64,000 bases of DNA from Obrimoposthia wandeli. Taxonomy: Eukaryota. Below are positions 40,879-49,961 of this stretch, one piece after another. Both the position numbers and the translations under genes were made by a program. The notes beneath the pieces are model-generated. The model was not told the origin of the DNA, did not search any database, and was given only the letters and a program-made list of their open reading frames with translations. Where the stretch lies: positions 186,001-250,000 of the forward strand of contig CDROCS010004085.1 in the NCBI GenBank assembly GCA_977020255.1, in the 5' to 3' direction. The first letter of the stretch is position 1. Each line of letters starts with the position of its first letter.

Positions 40879-41409
40879 TTCGTTCCGCCTTAAAGTGACC
40901 TAATGGAGTATTTTTAAGTATATAAGGCGATTTAAAATGCGTTGTAAAAGATCTGAGGCAAGAACATAGAACGGAGGTAAAGGAGAATAGACGTTGTGAG
41001 TGGTATCGAAACCCTTTTTTATGAAGATGAGGAACTCCGTGAGACAGTTCAGGGAATTTATGCACCTATAACCACATAAATAGTGCACCAATGGGGCTTA
41101 TTCTTGAGTTTTCATCAATTTATTGTGAACAACGTATCAAAATTGGATTAAAGTAAGCTAATAGAGCATTTAAATTACTGAGATTATATTCACAATTAAC
41201 GAATCATTCGTAAAAAAAAATGACATAACAGCCAGATTACTCGCATAATCGCGGATAATTAATCGTAATATGACTATTCATTCTATCAATTAGCTATTTC
41301 TAGTGAAATGATATTTTGATACCTATCACATTTCCCTTAAATAATTTCACTTACCATGACGTCACTTTAATCATTCATTCAAATGAAATCTATTAAGAGA
41401 AATATCTAT

Positions 41410-42645
41410 ATGTCTGGCGATATCATTAAGTTTTCAAGAAACACAGAAAATGCTCCAAAAAGTTCTGTATCTACACAAACTGTAGCTTTTTCTCATTATA
41501 ATAATATTTCAGCTCAATTACCTGTAGATCCTAAAACGGGTGAAATTGTAGTTGGTTCTGTAAAAGACCAAGCTACACAGTGCTTAAACAATATTAAAGC
41601 AATTGTAGAAAGTATCGGCCACGTAATGGACGATGTTGTTAAATTGAATATCTTCGTTAAGAATATTTCAGACATCGAAGCTATCGATGAAATTTATACA
41701 GCTTTCTTCCAAAGTGCTCTTCCTACACGTACGACAGTTGCAGTTGCAGCTTTGCCGATGAGTGATGCTTTAGTACAAATTGATGCACTTATTTCAAATG
41801 GTGAAGGTACTACTCCACAAGCTCCTTGTGCTCTAATCAAAGTTTCTAGAGACACAGAAAACGCACCCAAAGGTCTATACTCACAAACGGTTGCATTCTC
41901 TCACTACAATAACCTTGCTTCTCAATTACCTGTCGATCCAAAAACAGGTGCGTTGGTAGAAGGTGGTGTTAAAGAGCAGACTGAACAGTGCTTAAATAAC
42001 ATTAAAGCAATCTTAGAAAGCATCGATCACGTAATGGACGATGTAGTTAAAACGACTATATTCCTTAAAGATATCGCTGATGTTGAAGCGGTAAACGAAG
42101 TTTGTGCAAAATTTTACCCAAACTATGTTCCTGTACGCTCAATCGTTAACGCTTCAGCTTTACCTATGGGTGCATTGGTACAAATTGATACATCAGTAGC
42201 ACACGGTGATGGTACACCACCACAACTTCCTGAAGACACAAGCCTACTTGTAATCGAAGCAAGCAATACGGAAAATGCACCAAAAGCGACATACTCACAC
42301 ACTGTAGCTTTCTCTCACTACAACCATGTTTCTGGTCAATTACCTGTAGACCCGAAAACAAATGAATTAGTTGCTGGTGATGTAAAAGCGCAAGCAGAAC
42401 AATGTCTAAATAATATTAAGGCAATTATTGAAAGTGTTGACCATGTAATGGACGATACAGTTAAAATCAATATCCAACTTAAGAATATCGAAGACATCGA
42501 CGCTGTAAACGAAATTTACACAACGTTCTTCAAAGGCGATCTTCCTGCAAGAACAGTAGTGGGTGTTTCAGCTATCCCTATGGGTGCTTTAGTACAAATT
42601 GATGCTGTTGTTTCTAACTGTGAAGGTACACCTCCACAAGCATAA
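41410..42645 (+). CDS. Rid (YjgF/YER057c/UK114) protein with three tandem domains
   Basis: Three repeats of about 137 aa, each with TENAPK, QLPVDPKT, QCLNNIKAI, P.R, VQID. Start at MSGDII. Confidence 0.92.
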   Translation: MSGDIIKFSRNTENAPKSSVSTQTVAFSHYNNISAQLPVDPKTGEIVVGSVKDQATQCLNNIKAIVESIGHVMDDVVKLNIFVKNISDIEAIDEIYTAFFQSALPTRTTVAVAALPMSDALVQIDALISNGEGTTPQAPCALIKVSRDTENAPKGLYSQTVAFSHYNNLASQLPVDPKTGALVEGGVKEQTEQCLNNIKAILESIDHVMDDVVKTTIFLKDIADVEAVNEVCAKFYPNYVPVRSIVNASALPMGALVQIDTSVAHGDGTPPQLPEDTSLLVIEASNTENAPKATYSHTVAFSHYNHVSGQLPVDPKTNELVAGDVKAQAEQCLNNIKAIIESVDHVMDDTVKINIQLKNIEDIDAVNEIYTTFFKGDLPARTVVGVSAIPMGALVQIDAVVSNCEGTPPQA

Positions 42646-42897
42646 CAAGCATTTCTCTACGAGACATTAAGTTGGGGCATCCATAAAGTCAAAGTACGCT
42701 TTGGTCTTTTGGATGTCCTTTCCTGCTTATTAAAACCAATCGATTAACCGTATGAATAACTAGGCTTTATCGCAAAGCCACTCCACAAATTATGATTACG
42801 GCCGCTTTTCACCCTTAGTAACCACATCACTATCCATTTTTCAGTCCGGCACTCCCTTACAGAAGTATCGTGACAAGAAATAAAAAATCAGCTTGGG

Positions 42898-43165
42898 TAA
42901 TACCAAATCCATTAATTATCTGCTCAGTTCTGCGAGAGTTAAAATGCTTTTAGGCAAGGAGATAAATTGAGGATCTAGTATTCTAAATTGAAATTTATTA
43001 TCGCAGTATAAAAGTATTTTAAACTCGCCCAAAGGGAACACCACTGGAAGCCAACTTCTGTGTCTAGCGATTTCAAAAGAGAACCACTCTTCTATCAAAC
43101 ACTATCCTTGAACTCGACTCCCAGTGGTATTCTGAATGGGCAGATAATTAATGGAATTGGTATAA
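42898..43165. mobile_element. Putative 268-bp non-autonomous element with 26-bp terminal inverted repeats
   Basis: TAATACCAAATCCATTAATTATCTGC (42898-42923) versus GCAGATAATTAATGGAATTGGTATAA (43140-43165): 24/26 inverted match. No transposase and no clear target duplication. Confidence 0.55.
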
Positions 43166-43183
43166 TAGACGCTTTAGTCTCTG

Positions 43184-43624
43184 TTATTTTGCTTGTTCAA
43201 GCGTTTCATTTAGCCATTGATCAAATTGTGATTTTGGTAACGCCCCGTTCAAATTATTCAGCAGTTGACCATTTTTGAATACCATAATGGTTGGAATACT
43301 ACGAATACGATATTGGGCAGCAAGTTCTTGTTGTGCCTCAGTATCTATTTTTACAAAGCGAGCGTCACCAGAGCGCTCTGCAGCAACATCTTCAAAAATA
43401 GGTGCGAAACCCACACAAGGGCTACACCATGGTGCCCAAAAATCGACAACAACAGGTGTGTCACTTTGGATTAACGCTAAGAAGTTGTTTGTCGTGCCTT
43501 CAATTGGCTTTCCATCTAATAGCTTCTCTTTGCATGAACCGCATGTTGCCGTGTCTTCAATGCGCTCTGTTGGTATGCGATTCATCGCTTTACAGTGTGG
43601 GCAACGTGTTGTCATTGTATTCAT
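43184..43624 (-). CDS. trxC: Thioredoxin 2 (zinc-binding N-terminus)
   Basis: CPHC...CGSC plus WAPWCSPC active site, IRSIPT. Confidence 0.92.
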   Translation of the reverse strand: MNTMTTRCPHCKAMNRIPTERIEDTATCGSCKEKLLDGKPIEGTTNNFLALIQSDTPVVVDFWAPWCSPCVGFAPIFEDVAAERSGDARFVKIDTEAQQELAAQYRIRSIPTIMVFKNGQLLNNLNGALPKSQFDQWLNETLEQAK

Positions 43625-43913
43625 AATTATTATCCGTTTTCTGGCTGTTTACTTTTTAGAATTATTTTTATCTAGGTTGCTTTCATCGGCTCTACATTTA
43701 GCCGATGAAAGTAACTCAGGTATGTAAATGTAATTTACAGGCTTGCGCCCAGAAAAAAAAGACGACTATGCTTATTAATTCAATTGGTTTTATCTATGAA
43801 TTACACTTACGTGTTTAGGCTAAAAGAGGAACAGTTGGACAATTTGTTCTCTGTTTCCTTATATCAGCTACCGTTACAGTTACCTCATTGTTCTGAAGAG
43901 GTAAGTAACTATT

Positions 43914-44108
43914 ATGTTGAGACATCATTTAGCGGTATTTTTTAAAGCAACAGCGTGTGATGAAATACAAAACGGTTTGCTCGCAAAAATCGTTCACATG
44001 TCGTTAAAAGAAAGAATGGATCGTCTTGACCAAATTTATGATATTCGGCGAGTACCACTATCTCTGGCAGAGTTAGAGCGACTACATAGAGAAAAAAATG
44101 AACAATAA
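43914..44108 (+). CDS. Small hypothetical protein coupled to the SgrR-family gene
   Basis: GAGGT RBS. Stop overlaps the next start by 11 nt. Confidence 0.5.
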   Translation: MLRHHLAVFFKATACDEIQNGLLAKIVHMSLKERMDRLDQIYDIRRVPLSLAELERLHREKNEQ

Positions 44109-45681
44109 AAAGAAGCTAGAAACCTATGAGCTGTTATTTAAATACTTTGGACCCGGTGAATCAGAAACTACACTCGCTGATGTTGCTGCTGCGTTAGGGT
44201 GCACTTCCCGACATGCGCGTACCTTGTTACAACAAATGTCGGCGCTTGAATGGTTAGTTTGGCAGCCAGAACCTGGGCGAGGGAAGCGTTCATTATTAGT
44301 GTGTAATCAAGAGCCCATTAATGCCTGTTATCAAATGATGGGAGATGCCTTAGAAGCGGGAAAGCATGAGTCCGTATTTAAACTAGCAGGCTTTAATGAC
44401 CGGCATGTATCGTCTGAACTTAAAAAATACCTGATTTCATCGACTCAACATAACAGCCAAGCTATTCGTATTCCTTTTCATCGCGAAATAAAAAAATTAC
44501 ATCCCCACTATGCCTTTGATAGAACAGAGCGACATTTAATACTGCATGTTTTTCAACGACTAACCGAAGATGATTTTGGCGAAATAAAGCCGTCGCTTGC
44601 CCATCATTGGGAAAGCGATGAAGAGGGAATGAATTGGACATTCTATTTACAGTCTGGTGTGCAATACCAAGACCAAACCCCAATGAAAGTTGAAGATATT
44701 GTTATTAGCTTACAGGTGTTAATTAATAATCCCTATTGGCGATCGTTATACGAACATATTGAAAAAATTGATATTTTGTCACCAGAGTCTATCCGAATTT
44801 CGTTATCAAGACCTGATTGGCACCTTCCAGCATTATTGGGACGTTCTGAGGCATCAATAATGCCAAGCCAATATGGTCGGCTTATTATCAACCCTGAAGT
44901 ACCCGTTGGGTCTGGTGCTTTTATGATTGATATCGCGTCCTCACGCTTATTTCGATTAAAAAGAAACAACAGCTATTCTGGTGAGAATGCCTTAATTGAG
45001 AACATTGAATTATGGATACATCCTGATTGGGCGAAAGATAAATTGTGTAGTGAAGGTTCATTCTTTTTGGATCAGCCCGAGCAAACTTATATAACGACAT
45101 GTAACGATGTTGGTTACTTTTACATGATGATTAAAAAGCCACAGTTGAGAGATAGAATAGTTAGCAAGGCTATTATCGATGTTCTTCAAGAAAAACGGCT
45201 TATTCTCGGCGAGGTTCATTACCCAATTACCTTCAGCTACGATGATAATAATGAGTGTCGCTACTATGCTCAATTATTGAATCAAGCATTAGCCAATCAT
45301 CAACATGTTACTTCTACTTGTGTGTCTTTTGGTGAACAACAAAAAGGGGCTGATATTAGTTTAGGGGGAATTCGAATAGAGGGTTGTAGCCTGACCAGTT
45401 TATTGGCTTTTTTTTATACCTACAGTTTATGGCCACAAATTTTATCACAGCCGTTATACCAAAAATTACTGGCATTACTTCATCAGGCACAAGCGACACC
45501 AGACAAACAGCAAGCTGAAGGTGTATTACGGTCGATAATGACTTGGTTATCTGATGATCGAATCTTGACGATGATAAGGCAAGAAAGTTTTAAATTAACC
45601 GCACCACTAAAAATTCAAGGTATACGAGTGAACAATGTTGGTTGGTGTGATTTTTCAAAACTATGGGTTAAAAGTCATTAA
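44098..45681 (+). CDS. SgrR-family regulator (winged HTH plus solute-binding family 5 domain)
   Basis: TTLADVAAALGCTSRHARTLL...WQPEPGRGKRS; ERHLILHVFQRLT; LAHHW. Confidence 0.88.
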   Translation: MNNKKKLETYELLFKYFGPGESETTLADVAAALGCTSRHARTLLQQMSALEWLVWQPEPGRGKRSLLVCNQEPINACYQMMGDALEAGKHESVFKLAGFNDRHVSSELKKYLISSTQHNSQAIRIPFHREIKKLHPHYAFDRTERHLILHVFQRLTEDDFGEIKPSLAHHWESDEEGMNWTFYLQSGVQYQDQTPMKVEDIVISLQVLINNPYWRSLYEHIEKIDILSPESIRISLSRPDWHLPALLGRSEASIMPSQYGRLIINPEVPVGSGAFMIDIASSRLFRLKRNNSYSGENALIENIELWIHPDWAKDKLCSEGSFFLDQPEQTYITTCNDVGYFYMMIKKPQLRDRIVSKAIIDVLQEKRLILGEVHYPITFSYDDNNECRYYAQLLNQALANHQHVTSTCVSFGEQQKGADISLGGIRIEGCSLTSLLAFFYTYSLWPQILSQPLYQKLLALLHQAQATPDKQQAEGVLRSIMTWLSDDRILTMIRQESFKLTAPLKIQGIRVNNVGWCDFSKLWVKSH

Positions 45682-45745
45682 CATAACCAAAGCGCCGTAT
45701 TGGCGCTCTAGTTCATGATTGAATGAAATAGGGGATGGAAGTGAC

Positions 45746-45943
45746 TTAATGGAGAAGCCCTAGTTCTCTCGCTTCTTCAATACTTAAACCGCTCTCTCGA
45801 ATATCTTTTAATGCTTCGATACGTCTTCTTGCTTTAGCTTGCTGCTTCTTTGCTGAGGCAAGATTTGAAGCTGTTTCATCTTTGTAATCCCACTTAGAAG
45901 ATACATCTGACATCTCTGTGTGGTCGATAGAATTGATAGACAC
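45746..45943 (-). CDS. Small charged hypothetical protein
   Basis: GGAGG RBS; 65-aa ORF with ARRRIEALK helix. Confidence 0.7.
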   Translation of the reverse strand: MSINSIDHTEMSDVSSKWDYKDETASNLASAKKQQAKARRRIEALKDIRESGLSIEEARELGLLH

Positions 45944-46300
45944 AATTACCTCCGAAAGAAACCCTGCGTTGGATTCTACCTATGTGTACCAAATGAAAAT
46001 GCATGCGTTAAGTCTATAATATTGAGTTTGTGATCTAATTCGTATTTGTGAAAATAACCCTAAAATTTACTATTTCTAATGTGTTTTTGGGCGTATCTTC
46101 GATCGTTCACGCTCAGTAAAAAACACGGTTCCAGATCAAGTTTTATTTCTCGCTTATTCATCCATTATGCAATCGGTTTTAATTGTATATTTTAATCTGA
46201 AATGCAAGCGTAAAAAACGCTCTAACTGATTGTGTTTAAATCACTTAATTGCTTTTTTTATCATGGTTGTTTAAATCATAAGCAATCGGCTATTTAGGGC

Positions 46301-46329
46301 TTTACAGCTACTGTGGTTATACGTATTAT
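46301..46329 (+). promoter_or_regulatory. Sigma70 stable-RNA promoter of tRNA-Ser copy 2
   Basis: TTTACA-N17-TATTAT plus tcaccgcg, same core as 7064-7092. Confidence 0.75.
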
Positions 46330-46339
46330 TCACCGCGTT

Positions 46340-46430
46340 GGAGAGATGGCTGAGTGGTCGAAAGCACTGGTCTTGAAAACCAGCAAGGGTTTATAGCCCT
46401 TCTAGGGTTCAAATCCCTATCTCTCCGCCA
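46340..46430 (+). tRNA. tRNA-Ser (anticodon TGA), copy 2
   Basis: Identical by eye to 7103-7193. Confidence 0.97.
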
Positions 46431-46620
46431 CATTCAAAAAAGCCGCTACATTGTTAGCGGCTTTTTTACGTCTAGATTTTGCCAAATATGATAGGGATGC
46501 AGAATCCTAGATTGGGTTCACCTGAGCGAAGCGAAAGCACATTGCCCGTGCCGAAGGCGCGAAAAGGCAATAGCCCGAAGGGTACGAGCTTGCGGGTAAT
46601 AAATCCCTATCTCTCCGCCA
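46431..46620 (+). repeat. tRNA-linked repeat module A, copy 3 (190 bp, ends in a 20-bp tRNA 3' duplication)
   Basis: Near-identical to 7194-7385. AAATCCCTATCTCTCCGCCA at 46601-46620. Confidence 0.9.
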
Positions 46621-46627
46621 CATTTAG

Positions 46628-46658
46628 AAAAGGGCGCTGATTTATCAGCGCCCTTTTT
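46628..46658 (+). terminator. Intrinsic terminator after module A
   Basis: aaaagggcgctga-ttta-tcagcgcccttttt. Confidence 0.85.
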
Positions 46659-46676
46659 GCATCTATTTCCTCTGAT

Positions 46677-47111
46677 TTGATTAATATTAAGTTCTTGCAA
46701 GCAACACGTAGAACTGAGTTAAACAAACAGGAAATGGTTTCTTTTAAGCATGTTGTACTTAATGACTTTCCTTCACTGAAGGAGATCATAGATTCCGATA
46801 GAAAATCCTTTGACGATTTTCTCAAGTTGCTCGAAAAGTCTGACAGGTTTAAAAAGTGGACTGTTGGTGTAAATCCTGATGTGGGCTTAGTTACAGAGTA
46901 CTTTAATGAAGTCGGTGGACAGAGTTGGCTAGAGAAAACTCCGGGGAAGACATTACGATATGCTCTAGGTACGGCTATCTCTGTATTTGAACCAGTTGTT
47001 GGTTCAAATACAGAGATAGCGGATACATTGCTTACCGACAAAATTGCATTAGGGTGGAGACCCAATCATTTTGTGAATAAGCATATGAAGCCGTTTCTCA
47101 CAGAGAATTAA
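46677..47111 (+). pseudogene. Probable C-terminal fragment of an unidentified protein
   Basis: Protein-like reading frame with no convincing RBS/start, directly after a terminator. Contains a perfect 21-bp hairpin. Confidence 0.5.
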
Positions 47112-47387
47112 AGTTCTAGCAAACATAACCTATACGTCACAGACGGCATGGCATACATAAATGGCGTATGGTTTTATGATTAGCATGATAATTAGTAAAG
47201 TCTAAATTTAGACTCTATTTGGATTTTTGCTTAAGTGGTTGTATAGTAGATGTTGTGAGTAGGCGTTAGATCTGCCGCTGAATACCTATCTACGTGACAA
47301 TTAGTTTTATAAGCACTCAGTAAGCAATCTCGGTTGTAAATATGAGTCAACAAGTGATGAGTGAATGAAAGAGTGAGTGATTAAATT

Positions 47388-47630
47388 ATGGCAACTGAAA
47401 CAGTCAGTTTTTTGAAAAAAAATGCGGCGGATCTGCCTCTCAATGAACCTTTGACGATTACACAAAACGGTAAACCTGCTTATGTAGTTGAGTCTTACGA
47501 GCAACATCAGCGCAAAGAGCAGGCGATTGCGCTGCTTAAACTGGTTAGCTTTGCTAAGTCCGATGTGGCAAACGGTTGTGTAATGCCTTCAGGAACGTTG
47601 AAAGAGCGACTAGCGGCTCGTAAACAATAA
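47388..47630 (+). CDS. Phd/YefM-family antitoxin
   Basis: TVSFLKKNAA...EPLTITQNGKPAYVVESYE. Confidence 0.9.
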   Translation: MATETVSFLKKNAADLPLNEPLTITQNGKPAYVVESYEQHQRKEQAIALLKLVSFAKSDVANGCVMPSGTLKERLAARKQ

Positions 47631-47645
47631 GACGAGGCTCTTTTA

Positions 47646-47987
47646 ATGGCACAACCTGAAATCCTTTACACTGAAACTTGTTACAACACAATTGACGACC
47701 GCATTAATTATTTCTCTCAATGGAATGATGAGAACGCGGTTATCGAAAGGATGGAAGCACTTATTAGTCGTTTTGAAAATAACGTATCGGACAACCCTGA
47801 GATTTACTCACGCTGTCGCGATCTAAGTGAGTTTGGTATCACGGACATACGTCAGTTTTCAGCGGATGGTTTTAGGGTGCTCTATGAGTACAATGAAACC
47901 TTAAATAAGATCACAGTATTGCTGCTGTTGAGCGATAAGCAGGACTTGCAAAAGACACTCGTAGACTATTGCCTCATTTACAAATAA
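47646..47987 (+). CDS. RelE/ParE-family toxin
   Basis: 113 aa downstream of the antitoxin; GITDIRQF...GFRVLYE...VLLLL...QDLQ. Confidence 0.82.
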   Translation: MAQPEILYTETCYNTIDDRINYFSQWNDENAVIERMEALISRFENNVSDNPEIYSRCRDLSEFGITDIRQFSADGFRVLYEYNETLNKITVLLLLSDKQDLQKTLVDYCLIYK

Positions 47988-48298
47988 TCAAATGAGTTCT
48001 TTCAACATAACATCCGTAAAGCGTCTCGCGGATAAACAAGCAAAAAGATCACGTCCGTGGCCTTTTTAGTTCTGCTGGTTTATCACTAACACATATTTTC
48101 CCCTTTGTGAGTTAACGAAATTACTCATTCACATCTTGTTAATGTGCGTTTGCCCTATCAATAGTTATCCAAACTCAGCTCATCTAGAAGTTATGCTTTA
48201 CTGAGCAGCTTTTCTTCCAACATATAATCTAACCTGTTGATTGTAATATTAATTGATAAATGAAAGGCAACATTATGTGAGGATGGAATGCGCCTTTA

Positions 48299-48470
48299 TT
48301 TGGTGCATTATTGAGTTTTCTCAATTACAACAATCAGTTGGCGAGACTGACGCCATGATTAAAGCACTCAACAAGCTAACAGGGCTAGGTATGCCCGAAA
48401 CTCAATATATCGTTTAGAACACAGGCACTTTGGCTAGTATTCACTTCAAAACTGAATTCGGCAACAAAGC
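48299..48470 (+). mobile_element. IS5-family (IS903-group) right-end remnant
   Basis: Frameshifted transposase tail ..NYNNQ/GETDAMIKALNKLTGLGMPETQYIV* (stop 48415-48417). The end reads GCTTTGTTGCCG on the minus strand, resembling the IS903 IR GGCTTTGTTG. Confidence 0.75.
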
Positions 48471-48588
48471 ATGCTTGAGGAAGTAAAATTATTGTTATCG
48501 CTGACAATTAATGACCTGTTGATACAATAAATTTTCTTCACCTGGGTTAGAGTATCTGTTGAAAATACACAACGGTTAAGGGTAAGAA

Positions 48589-49383
48589 ATGAAATATCGT
48601 ATAGGTTTGTTGTTCTTTGTAAGTGCATTATCTACAGCAGGTGAGTTTTCTCCAGTAGACTCACCTGTAGAGGGATGTCCGGGAAATTTCTTTACTCAGA
48701 AAGCCCGAGTTTTTGATATCGTGACGATTTGCGCGACCTCATCGGTACCCAAAGATAAACTCAAGCATGCTGCAAATGTGGCAGCGCAATGGTTGGACAA
48801 TGATCAAAATGGACAGATTGACGAACCCAGTCTTATCGCACCGTTGCGAAGCAATCATGCCACTTTGTTAATGAGTAAATCAGGCTTTAACGATAAAGTA
48901 TTTGAGACCTTTGAACCTTACCTTGATCATATGATTGGACAAGATTTATCGGCTGACGAAACGACACCCGTTTTGGGGCGGGACGCGTCGCAAGAGGAAA
49001 TACATCATTTGATAGTGAATGCGGGGTGGCAACCTTACTTGCCTTCTGTTTTTAGTGATAAAAAAGCCAAACAAAGCGAGCTTTATAAACAGTGGCTAAT
49101 TGCAGAAAAAAAGGGACTGTACAGCTATGGTGACCCGACCTGTGATGATGCTTGTAAAACAGTAGAGTTCTTTTACTTAGCGACAGCGGCTTATCTGGGT
49201 TCAGGCGCAGATTTGGAAAGTGATGAAATGCGAGTAAAAAGCCGCGAAGAGCTAAAATACTCATTGCCTGATTTAGCCTCATTAATGGAGTCTAATCGCT
49301 ATCATTATCCAATTCATATATGGCCGGATGGTAATTATCGTTACTCAGGGAATATTACTTTAACGTCGATTAAAGATGAGTGA
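48589..49383 (+). CDS. Secreted hypothetical protein
   Basis: Signal peptide, Cys pairs, QEEIHHL motif. Confidence 0.75.
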   Translation: MKYRIGLLFFVSALSTAGEFSPVDSPVEGCPGNFFTQKARVFDIVTICATSSVPKDKLKHAANVAAQWLDNDQNGQIDEPSLIAPLRSNHATLLMSKSGFNDKVFETFEPYLDHMIGQDLSADETTPVLGRDASQEEIHHLIVNAGWQPYLPSVFSDKKAKQSELYKQWLIAEKKGLYSYGDPTCDDACKTVEFFYLATAAYLGSGADLESDEMRVKSREELKYSLPDLASLMESNRYHYPIHIWPDGNYRYSGNITLTSIKDE

Positions 49384-49961
49384 AAAGACGCCTAATGTCG
49401 GTGGATAATAAAGTTTGTCACTTTTGGCTCTATCTGGTGAGACGGACGGGGGCAGGTAAGCTAAAATACTTCTGCCCCATTATCATTTAGATGCATTCTG
49501 CTACACTCATTTCATGCTCCTCCTTTGACCAAATTTTTATTATGATTCAATATGTGACCTATTAAAACTTCAATCAGGTACTAAACATGGAACTGTAGTG
49601 GATGAGTAACTTTGGCCACCGGATAAGAGCTTTGCAATACCTTAGATAATCCGATAAATGCTAATTTATAAAATGCACTGACACGTTCTTGCCCCAAACT
49701 TTGTTAGGTTGGCCTAAACATCCATTTTTCTCACCTGTTATATGACCAAGTTTCCTTATTCATACCTTGTCTAAGACAGAGAAGTGAACATGGTACGAAT
49801 TCTGTGATACGCAAATTGCGTACTTGTGTAACGGTATGAATTATAAGTTAAATATCAACATACGCATTTTGCGTAACACCATTTGTGTATTTCCCATTCT
49901 GGGTCTGTAGTTGAGTGTTGTGGGTTCATTGAATTTACTAGTAGGTAACTCATTTATGTCC

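Noticed and set aside
46607-47065. Minus-strand 152-aa ORF
   Set aside because: Shadow of the plus-strand fragment. Its apparent internal similarity comes from the palindrome.
47255-48070. Integron cassette (attC) around the TA pair
   Set aside because: A GTTAGAT core is present near 47265, but I could not find a matching R''/L boxes hairpin downstream of the toxin.
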